Assembly (NCBI GenBank): GCA_039818205.1
Contig: JBCBUK010000009.1
Span: 96,001-160,000 of the forward strand
DNA from: Verrucomicrobiota bacterium
GTDB taxonomy: Bacteria > Verrucomicrobiota > Verrucomicrobiia > Opitutales > Cerasicoccaceae
Direction of reading: 5' to 3'
DNA length: 64,000 bases
Made by a program: the position numbers and the translations under genes. Positions within the stretch are counted from its first letter, which is position 1. Every line of letters begins with the position of its first letter. The notes beneath the pieces were generated by a model that was not told where the DNA came from, made no database searches, and worked only from the letters and a program-made list of their open reading frames with translations. Shown here piece by piece: positions 18,647 to 29,547 of the stretch.

Positions 18647-19186
18647 CTACTCGGTTTCGTTGAATTCGACGACGGTGAAGCAGTCGATGTTGGCGTCTTT
18701 GAGGGCTTGGCGGCCGGGAAGCTCGACTAGGTCAATGATAGCGGCGAATGAGACGCTGGTGGCGTTGAGTCGGCGCATGAGTTTAGCAGTCGCCAGTGCG
18801 GTGCCACCCGTGGCCAGCAAGTCGTCGATAATCAGCACCCGTTTGCCGTCGATCAAAGGCGTGTCGTGGGTTTCGATCGTCGCGGTTCCATACTCGAGTG
18901 AGTAGTCTTCGCAAATAGTGTTGAACGGCAGCTTACCCTTCTTGCGAGCGAGGACCAGGGGGAGGTGAAGTTGATAGGCCAATACCCCGGATAGAATGAA
19001 GCCCCGGGCATCTACGCCAACAACAAGGTCGAACTCCTGATCAGTCGCCCAGCCGGAGAGGCGGTTGAGAACTGCCCGAAACGCGGTGGGATCTTCGAAG
19101 AGCGTCGTTACGTCGCGAAAATTAATTCCCTCTTTTGGCCAGCCGCGGACGGTGCGAATGCTTGCTTTAATTTTATCAACGTTCAT
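18647..19186 (-). CDS. apt: Adenine phosphoribosyltransferase
   Basis: WPKEGINFRDVT, RKKGKLP, YSLEYG, IIDDLLATGGT. Confidence 0.96.
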   Translation of the reverse strand: MNVDKIKASIRTVRGWPKEGINFRDVTTLFEDPTAFRAVLNRLSGWATDQEFDLVVGVDARGFILSGVLAYQLHLPLVLARKKGKLPFNTICEDYSLEYGTATIETHDTPLIDGKRVLIIDDLLATGGTALATAKLMRRLNATSVSFAAIIDLVELPGRQALKDANIDCFTVVEFNETE

Positions 19187-19238
19187 TGTGTGAAATGAAC
19201 GTCTAATTCGTACTAGGCGACAAGATCTTTCTACCACC

Positions 19239-19811
19239 ATGCCCTCGAAAGCTGCCCTCCGCCGCATTGCCCTCGCTCGCCGTAGCTCGCTACAACCCCA
19301 AGAGCGCCAGGATCGCAATGCTCAAATCCGTCATCGATTGACAGCCGTCCCCGAGTTTGCGTCGGCCAAAAGTATCCTTTTCTACGTCTCGTTTGGCGAA
19401 GAAGTAGATACCCACGAGTTGATGAAGGGGTGCTTTGGTCGGAAAACGGTTTTGGTTCCACGCGTTGAAGGCGATGTGCTGCATGTGCATGAAATGCAAA
19501 GCCTTGACGATTTACAGCCCGGCTCATTCGGCATCCTGGAGCCGGCGCCGAACACCCCAGAAGTCGATCCCTCGATTGCCGAAATCGTCGTCGTTCCCGG
19601 GGCCGCCTTCGACCTGCGCGGGAATCGAATTGGCTATGGTAAAGGCTACTACGATCGCCTGCTCGAGGGTGTTTCGGCGGTGAAGATCGGCCTGGCCTTC
19701 GACCGCCAGATGATGGAGACCATCCCGGTCGAAGATCACGACATTCCGATGGATATTCTGGTGACCAACGAGCGCCTGCTGGATTTTCGCTCTCAGCGCG
19801 CTGCCTCGTAG
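19239..19811 (+). CDS. 5-formyltetrahydrofolate cyclo-ligase
   Basis: VPGAAFDLRGNRIGYGKGYYDR, HDIPMD. Confidence 0.95.
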   Translation: MPSKAALRRIALARRSSLQPQERQDRNAQIRHRLTAVPEFASAKSILFYVSFGEEVDTHELMKGCFGRKTVLVPRVEGDVLHVHEMQSLDDLQPGSFGILEPAPNTPEVDPSIAEIVVVPGAAFDLRGNRIGYGKGYYDRLLEGVSAVKIGLAFDRQMMETIPVEDHDIPMDILVTNERLLDFRSQRAAS

Positions 19812-19913
19812 CCAAACGACCGCAAATTTCCGAACAAAATCCCGGGTAAAACGCCGTTGACGATGAACTAATGGACGCTCAGGGTGTCCTATTCGAAAAA
19901 TCGGCCGTTTGCC

Positions 19914-22900
19914 ATGTTAGGATCTATTTTAAAGAAGTTTTCAGGAAGCCATTACCGCAAGTTCTACAAGCGGGCGAAACCGCTTGTTGATCAGATCAAC
20001 AAGCTGGAAGAAGGGTATCAATCGCTCACGGAGGATGCGCTCAAGGCAAAGACGCAGGAGTTCATGGACCGCTTCCAAAAGGAGTGGGCCGCTGGTAAAG
20101 AGCGTCTCGGGGGGGACAAGGCGGATCACGAGAAGTTGATCGCGCTGAATAAGGAAATCCTCGATGGCTTGCTTCCCGAGGCTTTCGCAGTGGCTAAGAA
20201 TGCGGCGCGCCGACTCTGCGGGCAGGAGATTGAATACACCGGCACCATGGACGTCTGGCGCATGGTTCACTATGACGTCCAGTTGATGGGCGGTATGGCG
20301 CTCCACGACAACAAGATCGCGGAAATGGCGACCGGTGAGGGTAAAACGCTCGTTTCAACACTCCCGCTCTACCTGAACGCACTTTCTGGCCGCAATTGCC
20401 AACTCGTTACCGTCAACGAATACCTGGCGCAGCGTGATGCTGAGTGGATGGGCCACCTTTTCAAATACCTGGGATTGACCGTTGGTGTTATCCGAAATCA
20501 GCAGCCTAACGATGAAAAGCGCGCCGCCTACGAGTGTAATCTCACCTACGGCACCGCGTCAGAATTTGGTTTTGATTATCTGCGCGACAACGGCATGGCT
20601 TCCAGCGCCTCTCAGCAGGTGCAAAAAGACCACTATTACTGTATCGTCGACGAAATTGACTCCATCCTGATTGACGAAGCGCGGACGCCGCTAATCATTT
20701 CGGGCCCTGTCAACGAGGACCGTGAGGCACCTTTCCAAGAGCACAAAGCTGGGATTCAGAAGCTGGTTTCTTCCCAAACGCGCCTGTGTAATAAGCTCAT
20801 CCAAGAGGCTAAGGCAGAGATCGAGAAGGAAGACGGCGACTTCGATGCGGCATTCCATAAGATGCTTCAGGTGAAGCTCGGCATGCCTAAGAACAAGGTT
20901 TTCATGCGCTTGCTTGAGCGCGGCGATGTTCGCATGCCTTTCGAGAAGTTTGACCTCGAAATGCACTCGGACTTCAACAAGCAGCAACTCTACTCGATCA
21001 AGGAGGAGTTGTTCTTTGTGATCGACGAGAAGCAACACCAAGCGGACTTGACCGAAGCGGGCCGCGGCACCTTGCGCCCGGGTGACCCGGATGCGTTCGT
21101 GATGCCGGATTTGCCATCGGAATTTATCGAGATCGACCGCGATGCTGACCTCGACGACGAGGGCAAGCTCAAGGCCAAGCAGGAGGCCGAAGAGCGTTTT
21201 GCGCAGCAAAGCGAAGACCTTCACTGCATTAGTCAGCTGCTGCGCGCCTATTCACTCTACGAGCGCGATAAAGAATACGTCGTTTCGGAAGAGGGCAAGG
21301 TCGTCATCATTGACGAAAACACCGGTCGTCCAATGCCGGGTCGTCGCTGGTCAGAAGGACTTCACCAAGCAGTTGAAGCCAAGGAAAATGTGAAGATCGA
21401 GAAGGAGTCGAAGACCTTCGCAACGATCACGATTCAAAACTATTTCCGTTTGTATGAGAAGCTTGCCGGGATGACCGGAACGGCGGAGACCGAGGTCCAA
21501 GAGTTTCACGATATCTACAACCTGGATGTCATGATTATCCCGACCAACAAGCCGGGTATCCGGGTGGATGATAATGATGTCATCTACAAGACACGCCGCG
21601 AGAAATTCAATGCAGTAGTCGACGATGTGGTCGAAGCCCACAAGCGCGGCCAGCCTGTGCTGCTCGGAACGACTTCGGTTCAAGCCTCTGAGGTCATTGG
21701 CAAAATGCTCCAGCGCAAAAAGGTGACGCACGCCGTCCTGAATGCGAAGTTCCACCAGCAGGAGGCGGAAATCGTTGCGCGTGCGGGTCAGCGGGGCGCG
21801 ATTACGGTGGCTACCAACATGGCGGGCCGTGGTACGGACATCAAGCTCGGTGAGGGCGTTCATGATCTGGGTGGTTTGCTCGTTCTGGGAACGGAGCGTC
21901 ACGAGTCCCGCCGGATTGACCGACAGTTGCGTGGTCGTTGTGCGCGTCAGGGTGACCCGGGTCATACCAAATTCTATATCTCGCTGGAAGACGACTTGAT
22001 GCGATTGTTCGCCAACGCAGGGCCGATCTCCAAGATTTTGCAAAGCTCGTTCCAAGAGGGCGAGATGCTCGAACACCCACTGCTCAATCGCTCGATTGAA
22101 ACTGCGCAGAAGAAGGTTGAGCAACAGCATTACTCGGTCCGCAAGCGCCTGCTCCAATATGACGACGTTTTGAACCGTCAACGTGAGGTCGTTTACGGCA
22201 TCCGCAATGATGCGCTCCATAGCGACACGCCGAAAGAGATTATTTTTGAAATGATCGAGGAAGAGCTCGAAGAGCGCCTCGATGCCATCGCGCCGGGTGA
22301 CAAAGAACCGTCGAGCGATGATCTAGAAAATCTGCTTTCCTGGCTCAATAGTCACTTCCCGCTTTCGCTGAAGATCGAGGAACTAGCCATCCCCAATAGC
22401 GAGATCGTTCACTTCGTGCTCGATCGCATTAACAATGCCTACGGGGAAAAGGAGAAGGTTGAGCAAGATAACGCGATCAAGAACCTCGAGCGTTACGTTG
22501 TGATTCGCGCCGTTGATAAGAACTGGCAGGATCACCTGACGGAGATGGATGACCTCCGCCGTGCAGTCGGTTTGCGTGGTTACGGTCAGAAAGATCCATT
22601 GATCGAATACAAAACCGAGGCCTTCACTTACTTCCAGGAGATGATGGGACGCGTGCGCAACGAGATCTGTGTCGGTCTCTTCCGCAGCACGACGAACATC
22701 GATGCGTTCCGGAACATGCTAGCACGCCTCCAACAGAATGCTCAAACCACGGGTCCGGACGAAGGTGCGGTTGCCCAGGGAGAGGGTGTTGGCGCGGGTG
22801 GTCTATCGGTTGCCTCGGGTGGCGACCAAGGCAAGCCAGCAAAGTTGCCCACGGTTAAGAAGGCACAGCCCAAGGTCACCTTACCCAAGATCGGCCGGAA

Positions 22901-23012
22901 CGAGGTCGTTACGATTCGGCGAGGCCCGCAGACGCAGACCATGAAGTTCAAGAAAGCCGAACCGCTGATCCTGAACGAGGGCTGGGTCTTGGTTGAGCCG
23001 GTAAAGAAGTAA
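19914..23012 (+). CDS. secA: Preprotein translocase ATPase SecA
   Basis: [49 protein letters not shown]. Confidence 0.98.
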   Translation: MLGSILKKFSGSHYRKFYKRAKPLVDQINKLEEGYQSLTEDALKAKTQEFMDRFQKEWAAGKERLGGDKADHEKLIALNKEILDGLLPEAFAVAKNAARRLCGQEIEYTGTMDVWRMVHYDVQLMGGMALHDNKIAEMATGEGKTLVSTLPLYLNALSGRNCQLVTVNEYLAQRDAEWMGHLFKYLGLTVGVIRNQQPNDEKRAAYECNLTYGTASEFGFDYLRDNGMASSASQQVQKDHYYCIVDEIDSILIDEARTPLIISGPVNEDREAPFQEHKAGIQKLVSSQTRLCNKLIQEAKAEIEKEDGDFDAAFHKMLQVKLGMPKNKVFMRLLERGDVRMPFEKFDLEMHSDFNKQQLYSIKEELFFVIDEKQHQADLTEAGRGTLRPGDPDAFVMPDLPSEFIEIDRDADLDDEGKLKAKQEAEERFAQQSEDLHCISQLLRAYSLYERDKEYVVSEEGKVVIIDENTGRPMPGRRWSEGLHQAVEAKENVKIEKESKTFATITIQNYFRLYEKLAGMTGTAETEVQEFHDIYNLDVMIIPTNKPGIRVDDNDVIYKTRREKFNAVVDDVVEAHKRGQPVLLGTTSVQASEVIGKMLQRKKVTHAVLNAKFHQQEAEIVARAGQRGAITVATNMAGRGTDIKLGEGVHDLGGLLVLGTERHESRRIDRQLRGRCARQGDPGHTKFYISLEDDLMRLFANAGPISKILQSSFQEGEMLEHPLLNRSIETAQKKVEQQHYSVRKRLLQYDDVLNRQREVVYGIRNDALHSDTPKEIIFEMIEEELEERLDAIAPGDKEPSSDDLENLLSWLNSHFPLSLKIEELAIPNSEIVHFVLDRINNAYGEKEKVEQDNAIKNLERYVVIRAVDKNWQDHLTEMDDLRRAVGLRGYGQKDPLIEYKTEAFTYFQEMMGRVRNEICVGLFRSTTNIDAFRNMLARLQQNAQTTGPDEGAVAQGEGVGAGGLSVASGGDQGKPAKLPTVKKAQPKVTLPKIGRNEVVTIRRGPQTQTMKFKKAEPLILNEGWVLVEPVKK

Positions 23013-23036
23013 TCGATACTTCTTTACCGATTCCGA

Positions 23037-24074
23037 CTATCCATCATTCGAGGCGACCTTGATGTCGTCCTTGGACTCGATCAGCTGAAACTTTCCGCCT
23101 GTTCGGCGTGCGATTGAGCGCATGCCTTCAGCGGCTTTTGGTTCACCGAGGGCGATTGTATTGATACGCAGATCACGGTTCTTGCGGCGCCATTCGCTCA
23201 CGAGCTTAAAAGCGCGGCTGGCGTCTTCGTCGGTCGTTGAACCGTCGGTCAGGAAGAAGATCAACTCCGGTGCAGGGTCCAATTTTTTCGCAATGTAGAA
23301 TGGATTACTCCACACGGTTCCACCGCTCATTGAGAGATTGTTGACCTCGGCTACGAGCTTGCGCTTCTCGCTCATGGTCATCCGCTTCCAGGAAGGGTCG
23401 GAGATGTTCTTTAAATCCTTGGGGTGATAAGTGTGCCAGTTGTTCTTCGTGGTCTTGTCCCAGTTGTAATTTTGGCGCTGGCTCCCGTCGCGTTCGCCAG
23501 AAACCCAGGCTGGACCCGAAAAGTAAATCATCTCCACAAAAATGTTCGCAGAGAGCGAACCTACGGCGGCATTCAGCTGTTGTTTGAGCAGCTCGAACCG
23601 TGTCTCGCCCGTGGGCACTTGCGCGGACATCGAACCCGAGCAATCGATGATGAATAGCACTCGCTCGCCCTTGTCCTTGATGTTGAAGAAATTCACGTTG
23701 CTAACCGCGAAATCGATCATGCCGTTGCCGCCGCCGAAGCCACCTCCAGCGCCGCCACCGCCAACGGCCACGCGGCCATCAACTTTGGGCAAATTGATAT
23801 CCACGACGGGCACTGGCACATCCTGAGGAACCGTGACTGAGACCACCTTGGTCGGCGGAGCACTTTTCTTCTGCAGGGTTTTTACCCGGACCTTCTGTTC
23901 CTCGACTTCATCGGGGGGCGGGATCGGCGGGGCCTCGGCAACCGGATCCTCTGGCGCGATCGATTGCCATACCGTAATGCCACCGAGAACCAGGAGTCCG
24001 ACGACATGGATTACAAGACTGATGATGACTACCTCGATAAGAGGTAGGTTTAGTTTTCTTTTTTTGGGCAGCAT
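23037..24074 (-). CDS. Membrane-anchored vWA-domain protein
   Basis: N-terminal TM, Pro-rich stalk, Gly-rich linker, MIDAS DCSGSM ... FLTDG. Confidence 0.85.
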   Translation of the reverse strand: MLPKKRKLNLPLIEVVIISLVIHVVGLLVLGGITVWQSIAPEDPVAEAPPIPPPDEVEEQKVRVKTLQKKSAPPTKVVSVTVPQDVPVPVVDINLPKVDGRVAVGGGGAGGGFGGGNGMIDFAVSNVNFFNIKDKGERVLFIIDCSGSMSAQVPTGETRFELLKQQLNAAVGSLSANIFVEMIYFSGPAWVSGERDGSQRQNYNWDKTTKNNWHTYHPKDLKNISDPSWKRMTMSEKRKLVAEVNNLSMSGGTVWSNPFYIAKKLDPAPELIFFLTDGSTTDEDASRAFKLVSEWRRKNRDLRINTIALGEPKAAEGMRSIARRTGGKFQLIESKDDIKVASNDG

Positions 24075-24253
24075 GAGATGGGGACCCAAAAATATAACCT
24101 CCGGCCAAAATTTGCACGTTTGTGACCAGAATCTGTATATTCTAATGCTGTCCGTTTTGCGGAATAAATGCGCCTTATTCCCCAGGTAATTCATATCTGA
24201 GCCATTTGGTGAAGTTCAAAACACCAGACTGGCCTGATACCAAAATGACCAAA

Positions 24254-26503
24254 CTAGATCGCTTTTTCCAATTTTGGGCGGACACTGGCGTCGATCGCCG
24301 CGACCGCATCATAGGCGCTTGTCGACGCGCTTTCGATCGTTGCTGGCAGCCCAGTTTGAATCCAATCTCCGGCCAGCCATACGTTCTCCCAAGGCGCGTC
24401 ATCGGTCTTCGGCCGATAGCTTGCCACGGTTGGCCGAGCGGCAAATGTCGCATCTTTGCTTTTGTAAACTAGCGAGCGCTCAATCGTCATTTTGGTGGAC
24501 TTATCGAAGAAACGGTTCAGCTCACCTCGTAGTCGCTCAATGATCTCTTCGCTTTTCTGCGGCAGCCAATCGTCAGCGGCGCTCACAATAACTGCGTAGA
24601 GAAATTTGCCTGCGTGCTCCTCTTCCAAAGTATGCGTGCGGTCAAAAACCCAATGAATGGGGGAATCAAGGAGGCCAACAAAGCCCGTTGGATGCTCAAA
24701 TAGCTGAGTATCGCTCAGCAGGTGAATGCTTAAAATCGAGGAGGATGTGATTGCTGAGACGCGGTTTTTTACCGCCGATCCAGATGGCAGCAGGCTCCGC
24801 AGTCCGGTCCAGGGCAGGGCGCTGATGTGGACATCTGCGGCGATACGTTCGCCCTTGTTGGTGACCACGGCTACGACATTTTCGCCGTCGCACTCCACCG
24901 ATTTGATCTGAGCTTTACGGCGTATTTCTCCGCCAATAGATCGCAGGTAGAGTTCCGTTTCCGGCTCAAAGACCTCCGTTAAACCAACCTTGGCCAGGTA
25001 GATGGCCGAGTCTTCGCTAGATCCAAAAAGAGATCGTTTCAGCGTCTCAAAAAGCAGGCGGGCACAAGCGGTATCCAGCGGTTCGTTGAGTGCTGCAACG
25101 CAAAAGGGTTCCCAAAGTGCGCGAATGGCACCATCAGTTTGACTATGTTCCCGCAGCCAGCTGAGCGCAGTTTGATGGTCGGCCGGTTCGGCACCCAGCT
25201 GCATCTTGGCCCCGAAGGTAATGATACCCAGGCGGTCCTTCGTGCTCAGCGCACCAAATCCAAGCAGCCCGCTGAGTAGGTGAAATGGAGGTGGCGAGCT
25301 GGTGGCTGCAAGCTCGGACCATTCACCTCCGGGGCTGACATAAGGCACGCTGAGGCGGTCCTGCCGGTCAAACTTGTGCTCAATTCCCAATCGATCGACC
25401 AGTTGGAGAAATGCATGGTAGCAGCCCATAACGATGTGTTGACCGTTATCGAGCTTTAGGCCGCTGGGGGCATCTGTGAGGCTGTGCGATCGACCGCCCA
25501 AGTATGCCTTTGATTCCAGGATGACCGGCGTGAAGCCTTGTTCTCCGAGTTCGATGGCTGCTGTGATGCCGGAGATTCCGCCGCCCCAAACCGCTGCGTG
25601 GCCCGGCAAGTGTCGTTTGGACAATGGTCGGTTCATCCCGCGAAGCGTTTGCAAGACCAGCTGTATTTTTCGTTGCTTAGGTAGGCGAACGCGCTCACCC
25701 GTCAGGCGAAAGTCACGGGCAGCGATTTGATCCAAGATGTCTTCATAGAAGGCTCCCATGATGAGAGCCGCCTTCAGATTCTTGCGATCGTCTGCGGGAA
25801 GTAAGCGCCGGGCCTTGTTGAAAAAATGCTTGCAGCGATAATGGCAGAGGCGAAAGAGGCGCCGGCAGTTCTCATTATTTGCCGGATCTTGAAAGTCTGC
25901 TTCGGTTACGCCGAAGGCTCGCATTTCTTCCTGCGGAAGGTAGACGCGTCCCATGTCCCGATAGTCCTCGACGACGTCGCGCAAAATGTTCGTGAATTGC
26001 AGCGCATATCCGAGCGTTTCTGCGTATTCGTCGATTTTGGGATCCTTGCAGCCGAAGATACGAACCGATACAAGGCCGACGGCTGAGGCAACACCATAGC
26101 AGTAATGTCGCAGGTCTTCGAAGGTCTCGAAGCGCCGTTCACCAATATCCATCGAGACGCCATCGATGATCGCAAGGAGATCGGCTTCGCGAATGTTGAA
26201 CTGTCGGATCACCGGGGCCATTTCGGCCGCGAGGGTCAATGACTTCGATCCGCGGTAGCAGGCGAGGATGTCTTCCCGCCAAGCGCCGAGCTCCTGGGCC
26301 TTTTGGTGGTCGGGCTTGTCGGTGTTGTCGGCGATATCATCAACAATCCGGCAAAAGTCGTAAAACACGCTCATCGCGTCGCGTTGAACACGGTCAAGCG
26401 AGACAAAGGTGTAGGCGAGATTGGATTGTTTTCTCGCTTGTTTGGCCTCGGCGGAATCCACAGAGGGAGCCGGCGGCAATGTGTCTACAGTCGTATCAGC
26501 CAT
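24254..26503 (-). CDS. hpnD-hpnE: Fused HpnD (presqualene diphosphate synthase) - HpnE (hydroxysqualene dehydroxylase, FAD)
   Basis: aa 1-~295: FCRIVDDIAD, LQFTNILRDVVED, GRVYLP. From aa ~302: GGGISG Rossmann fold, DNGQH, AGDWIQTGLPATIESA. One continuous ORF. Confidence 0.88.
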   Translation of the reverse strand: MADTTVDTLPPAPSVDSAEAKQARKQSNLAYTFVSLDRVQRDAMSVFYDFCRIVDDIADNTDKPDHQKAQELGAWREDILACYRGSKSLTLAAEMAPVIRQFNIREADLLAIIDGVSMDIGERRFETFEDLRHYCYGVASAVGLVSVRIFGCKDPKIDEYAETLGYALQFTNILRDVVEDYRDMGRVYLPQEEMRAFGVTEADFQDPANNENCRRLFRLCHYRCKHFFNKARRLLPADDRKNLKAALIMGAFYEDILDQIAARDFRLTGERVRLPKQRKIQLVLQTLRGMNRPLSKRHLPGHAAVWGGGISGITAAIELGEQGFTPVILESKAYLGGRSHSLTDAPSGLKLDNGQHIVMGCYHAFLQLVDRLGIEHKFDRQDRLSVPYVSPGGEWSELAATSSPPPFHLLSGLLGFGALSTKDRLGIITFGAKMQLGAEPADHQTALSWLREHSQTDGAIRALWEPFCVAALNEPLDTACARLLFETLKRSLFGSSEDSAIYLAKVGLTEVFEPETELYLRSIGGEIRRKAQIKSVECDGENVVAVVTNKGERIAADVHISALPWTGLRSLLPSGSAVKNRVSAITSSSILSIHLLSDTQLFEHPTGFVGLLDSPIHWVFDRTHTLEEEHAGKFLYAVIVSAADDWLPQKSEEIIERLRGELNRFFDKSTKMTIERSLVYKSKDATFAARPTVASYRPKTDDAPWENVWLAGDWIQTGLPATIESASTSAYDAVAAIDASVRPKLEKAI

Positions 26504-26527
26504 TAACAGGTGGGAAAATCAGTAGGA

Positions 26528-27469
26528 CTAGGCTTCCTGATTTCCGCTTTCTCGATTCAGTGCACTGACCATGGCATCACTGATATCTTCCGTTGTCAAT
26601 TTCAGCTGTTCGGCAATCTCGTGGATGGTCACGGACTCGATATGGCGAATCACTTCGTCGGCGCGCGACACATCGATTAAGGCGCCCAAAGCATCCATGC
26701 GGTCCTTTCGGGTAGTTACGTCGTAAAATTCACGGGCAAGGCGGAGTAGGTCGACGCCCTGGGCTTCCTCGGAGAAAACAACCTGAGTCAAAAACTCAGC
26801 TTCTTTATCGGACAGATTCCATCGTTCGCCGACGGCTTTCTCAATCACGGTAACCTCAGATTGGGCTACTTCGTCATCGCTATTGGCGACACGCGCAAGG
26901 AGGCAGCCAAAGAGGATCAATCGCTGCTTTTCCTGTTGGGTGATATCTAAATTCAGGTCCTGTTCGGCAAAGCGATTTTCCAGCACCATGAGCAATTGCA
27001 GGCGATCGCCTTGGCCCAGGTCGATTACTTCATCGGGGCGGAGAGTCTGGCGCAGCGCGCTATCGCGGCGCTTGAGGGAGCCACGAATTGCCTCAGACAG
27101 ACCATCCAGGCTCTTGTCGGCTTCTTTGCGGAGGAGATAGGCAACCTCACGGATCGCTTCCTGCTCTTCGGTGGTGATCACACCATCCGCCATAAATACG
27201 CGGTTGGTAGCCTGGGTGATGAAATCTCGGTCCGCATCGCTGTTGATCAGGTCTTGGAGCTCTGTCAGCACCGCCCGGCGTTCCTCGCGGGTGATCTGCG
27301 ACTCCATGTAGGTTTCGAGTTCGCTCCATGCGTCCTCATCGATCCCTGGTAGGTGAAAAATGATGTCCTTTAGGCAATCAATCTCTTGGGGCTGGATTTT
27401 ACCATCGGCCCAAGCGGCCGCGAAAAGGGTCTTGCCGAGAATCAGGGAGAGTTGGTTTTGATGACTCAT
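26528..27469 (-). CDS. TerB-family protein with tandem TerB-like domains
   Basis: Repeated AWADGKIQPQE / MADGVITTEE / ANSDDEVAQSE / RADEVIRHIE motifs. Confidence 0.85.
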   Translation of the reverse strand: MSHQNQLSLILGKTLFAAAWADGKIQPQEIDCLKDIIFHLPGIDEDAWSELETYMESQITREERRAVLTELQDLINSDADRDFITQATNRVFMADGVITTEEQEAIREVAYLLRKEADKSLDGLSEAIRGSLKRRDSALRQTLRPDEVIDLGQGDRLQLLMVLENRFAEQDLNLDITQQEKQRLILFGCLLARVANSDDEVAQSEVTVIEKAVGERWNLSDKEAEFLTQVVFSEEAQGVDLLRLAREFYDVTTRKDRMDALGALIDVSRADEVIRHIESVTIHEIAEQLKLTTEDISDAMVSALNRESGNQEA

Positions 27470-27591
27470 GATGCGCTACGTCCGACGATGGAACAGAAAA
27501 AAGGTGAATGCAACAGTAACAACCCTGCCTCTATCGGTGAAGCATATTCTTTCCCCGAGAAATAAGAGGCGATCGGCAAATTCCCGCAGAA

Positions 27592-28464
27592 TTAACGGGT
27601 GAACAGCGCCTTGGTCAACAGCCAGAGCTTATCCGGGGTTTTGATTTTCGGACGTTGGGCGAGCGTATCGAATTTAAGTTCACGAATTTTTGATAAGATT
27701 TCGTTGCCGCCGAGCCAAGTTAGGCGGATCTCCAGGCTAAGCGGGAAGGGGAGCTCCTTCGACAAGGGGCGTCCTACATCGAACAGTGCTTGGGCACGTT
27801 TTACCTGGAGGTCGATACAAGCCCGCAGCTCAGGTGAGGCTGATTCGGCATCGAACATTTCCCGGGTGACCCCAAATTCGTCGCAGTCCTCCTCTGGGAT
27901 GTAAATTCGGCCCTCTTTACGAATATCGACGCCGATATCCTGCCAGAAATTGGCCAATTGCAGACCGGTGCATATGGCATCTGACCACTCAAAACGTTGT
28001 TCGTCGTGATGGTCGTGCAAGATTAAGACAAGCCGGCCGACAGGATTTGCGCTGCGGCGGCAATAGTCGAGCACGTCCAGGAATGTATCGTAGCTCAGGG
28101 TCTCGCAGTCCTGTTTGAAAGCGCTGAGTAGGTCGGTGAACAGTTCAACGGGAGCCTGAGTTCTGTCGATCGTGTCGGCTACCGCGGTAAAAATCCACTC
28201 GGTCTCCGGCTTCAGAGGGCCGCCCTCGACGGCATTCAGCAACTCTTCTTCGTAGGCATCCAACTGCGCAACGCGTTCCTCGGGGGTCGGGGCACCGTCT
28301 TCGCCCCAGCCCTCATCCGCGATATCGTCGGCGGTCCGGGCAAAGGCGTAGACTGCGGCCACAAAGGGGCGAATCCGGGCAGGGACGAGCCGCGCTACGG
28401 GAAAGTTTTCGTAGTGCGTGCGGGTCAATTCCAAGCAGCGGCGATAGGATTCCTCAACGGTCAT
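27592..28464 (-). CDS. hpnC: Squalene synthase HpnC
   Basis: HYENFPVA, YAFARTADDIADE, SANPVGRLVL, LQLANFWQD. Confidence 0.95.
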   Translation of the reverse strand: MTVEESYRRCLELTRTHYENFPVARLVPARIRPFVAAVYAFARTADDIADEGWGEDGAPTPEERVAQLDAYEEELLNAVEGGPLKPETEWIFTAVADTIDRTQAPVELFTDLLSAFKQDCETLSYDTFLDVLDYCRRSANPVGRLVLILHDHHDEQRFEWSDAICTGLQLANFWQDIGVDIRKEGRIYIPEEDCDEFGVTREMFDAESASPELRACIDLQVKRAQALFDVGRPLSKELPFPLSLEIRLTWLGGNEILSKIRELKFDTLAQRPKIKTPDKLWLLTKALFTR

Positions 28465-28774
28465 GAGCAGCAGTCAAACATCGCGGATAAAAGCGTTGTT
28501 GGGCAAAAACTCAAAGGGAAAATCCAAGCGAATTTCCTGATAGCGGTGAATCGCGGAGGTGTCTAGATGGCGAAGTCTCGCTGATATTCGCGTTGTTAGC
28601 CAAGACGAAACAGAGCAAGAAAAGGCAGCTTAGTTTGGTTTCGGCGAAATAAGCTAGGTCTAGCTGGAGTTCGTTAAGTTAGTCTTTGGGCAGCTGCTGT
28701 GGAGCGAGCTGCAACAGCGGCGTGCAGGTGCCAAACTGCAAAACTCTGGAATCAAGATTATACTTTCAGGTGCT

Positions 28775-29422
28775 CTATTGTTCGTCTTCTACTACGTTGT
28801 ACCTGTGATACTTTCCGAACAGTAGTGCCTGTATCCTCAGATCTGGTCGCAGCTTTGATTGGAAATTGGCTAGTTCATTTCTAGTTATCCTTCCGAAGAA
28901 TTCGTCGAGACTTACGCCGGCTCCGAGATCACTCGTTTGAAAAAAACGGAAACCTAGTTGTTTGTAAAACTTCTCCGTTCCGTTCCCCGCGCTGGTCATC
29001 CGAACTAACCAACTGCTTCGCTCGAGTGTTAGAAGCGAAAGCCGAAACGCGACGGACAAAGTTCCGAATCCATTGCCTTGCCATTTCGAATCGATGAGTC
29101 CGTATATGAGCCAAGCATTGTCGAAAGAATACTCTCCCACTTTAACTGTTTCAATATCAATCCCGCAGGTTCCGATAGTCTCACCTTCAGATTCTATCAC
29201 CAACTTTAGTGCGACATCTTCCTTTAGATATTTTTGGAACTCGCCTAGGCCATTGGGCGGAAAACGCCCCTGATCGACATTTTCGTAGATTTCGGAGCAT
29301 CTATCGAAATCAGTTTCACAGTATAAACGGAATCTTGCTTCCGGGAACGGCTTGCGAAAGCGCCTTTTGCTAAGCGTTCCGGTTCCGTGAAAAAATGATC
29401 GAAAACCCAATTCCCATTCCAT
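28775..29422 (-). CDS. GNAT family N-acetyltransferase (AT-richer than its neighbours)
   Basis: WQGNGFGT acetyl-CoA motif, KFYKQLGF. Confidence 0.8.
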   Translation of the reverse strand: MEWELGFRSFFHGTGTLSKRRFRKPFPEARFRLYCETDFDRCSEIYENVDQGRFPPNGLGEFQKYLKEDVALKLVIESEGETIGTCGIDIETVKVGEYSFDNAWLIYGLIDSKWQGNGFGTLSVAFRLSLLTLERSSWLVRMTSAGNGTEKFYKQLGFRFFQTSDLGAGVSLDEFFGRITRNELANFQSKLRPDLRIQALLFGKYHRYNVVEDEQ

Positions 29423-29547
29423 CTCGGAGGAATTTAAAGCCGATTTGCGGAATGTCTACCCGGCATTTTGCGACTACGGTGGGTCTTTATGCGCTCAAAT
29501 ATTGCTGTGGACATTATGGCCGGGATTGCTACTTTCCTACGTTTTTC

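Noticed and set aside
19187..19238. 6S RNA, often found upstream of 5-formyl-THF cyclo-ligase
   Set aside because: Only 52 bp separate the divergent apt and cyclo-ligase starts, too short for 6S RNA.
21351..22220. 289-aa antisense ORF within secA, and similar long shadow ORFs over carA, shc and the FKBP gene
   Set aside because: Antisense shadows of conserved genes caused by codon bias; no protein motifs.
28465..28775. Complete integron attC site(s)
   Set aside because: Core-like GTTRRRY motifs exist, but there is no matching inverse core or hairpin in the right orientation, and no intI.
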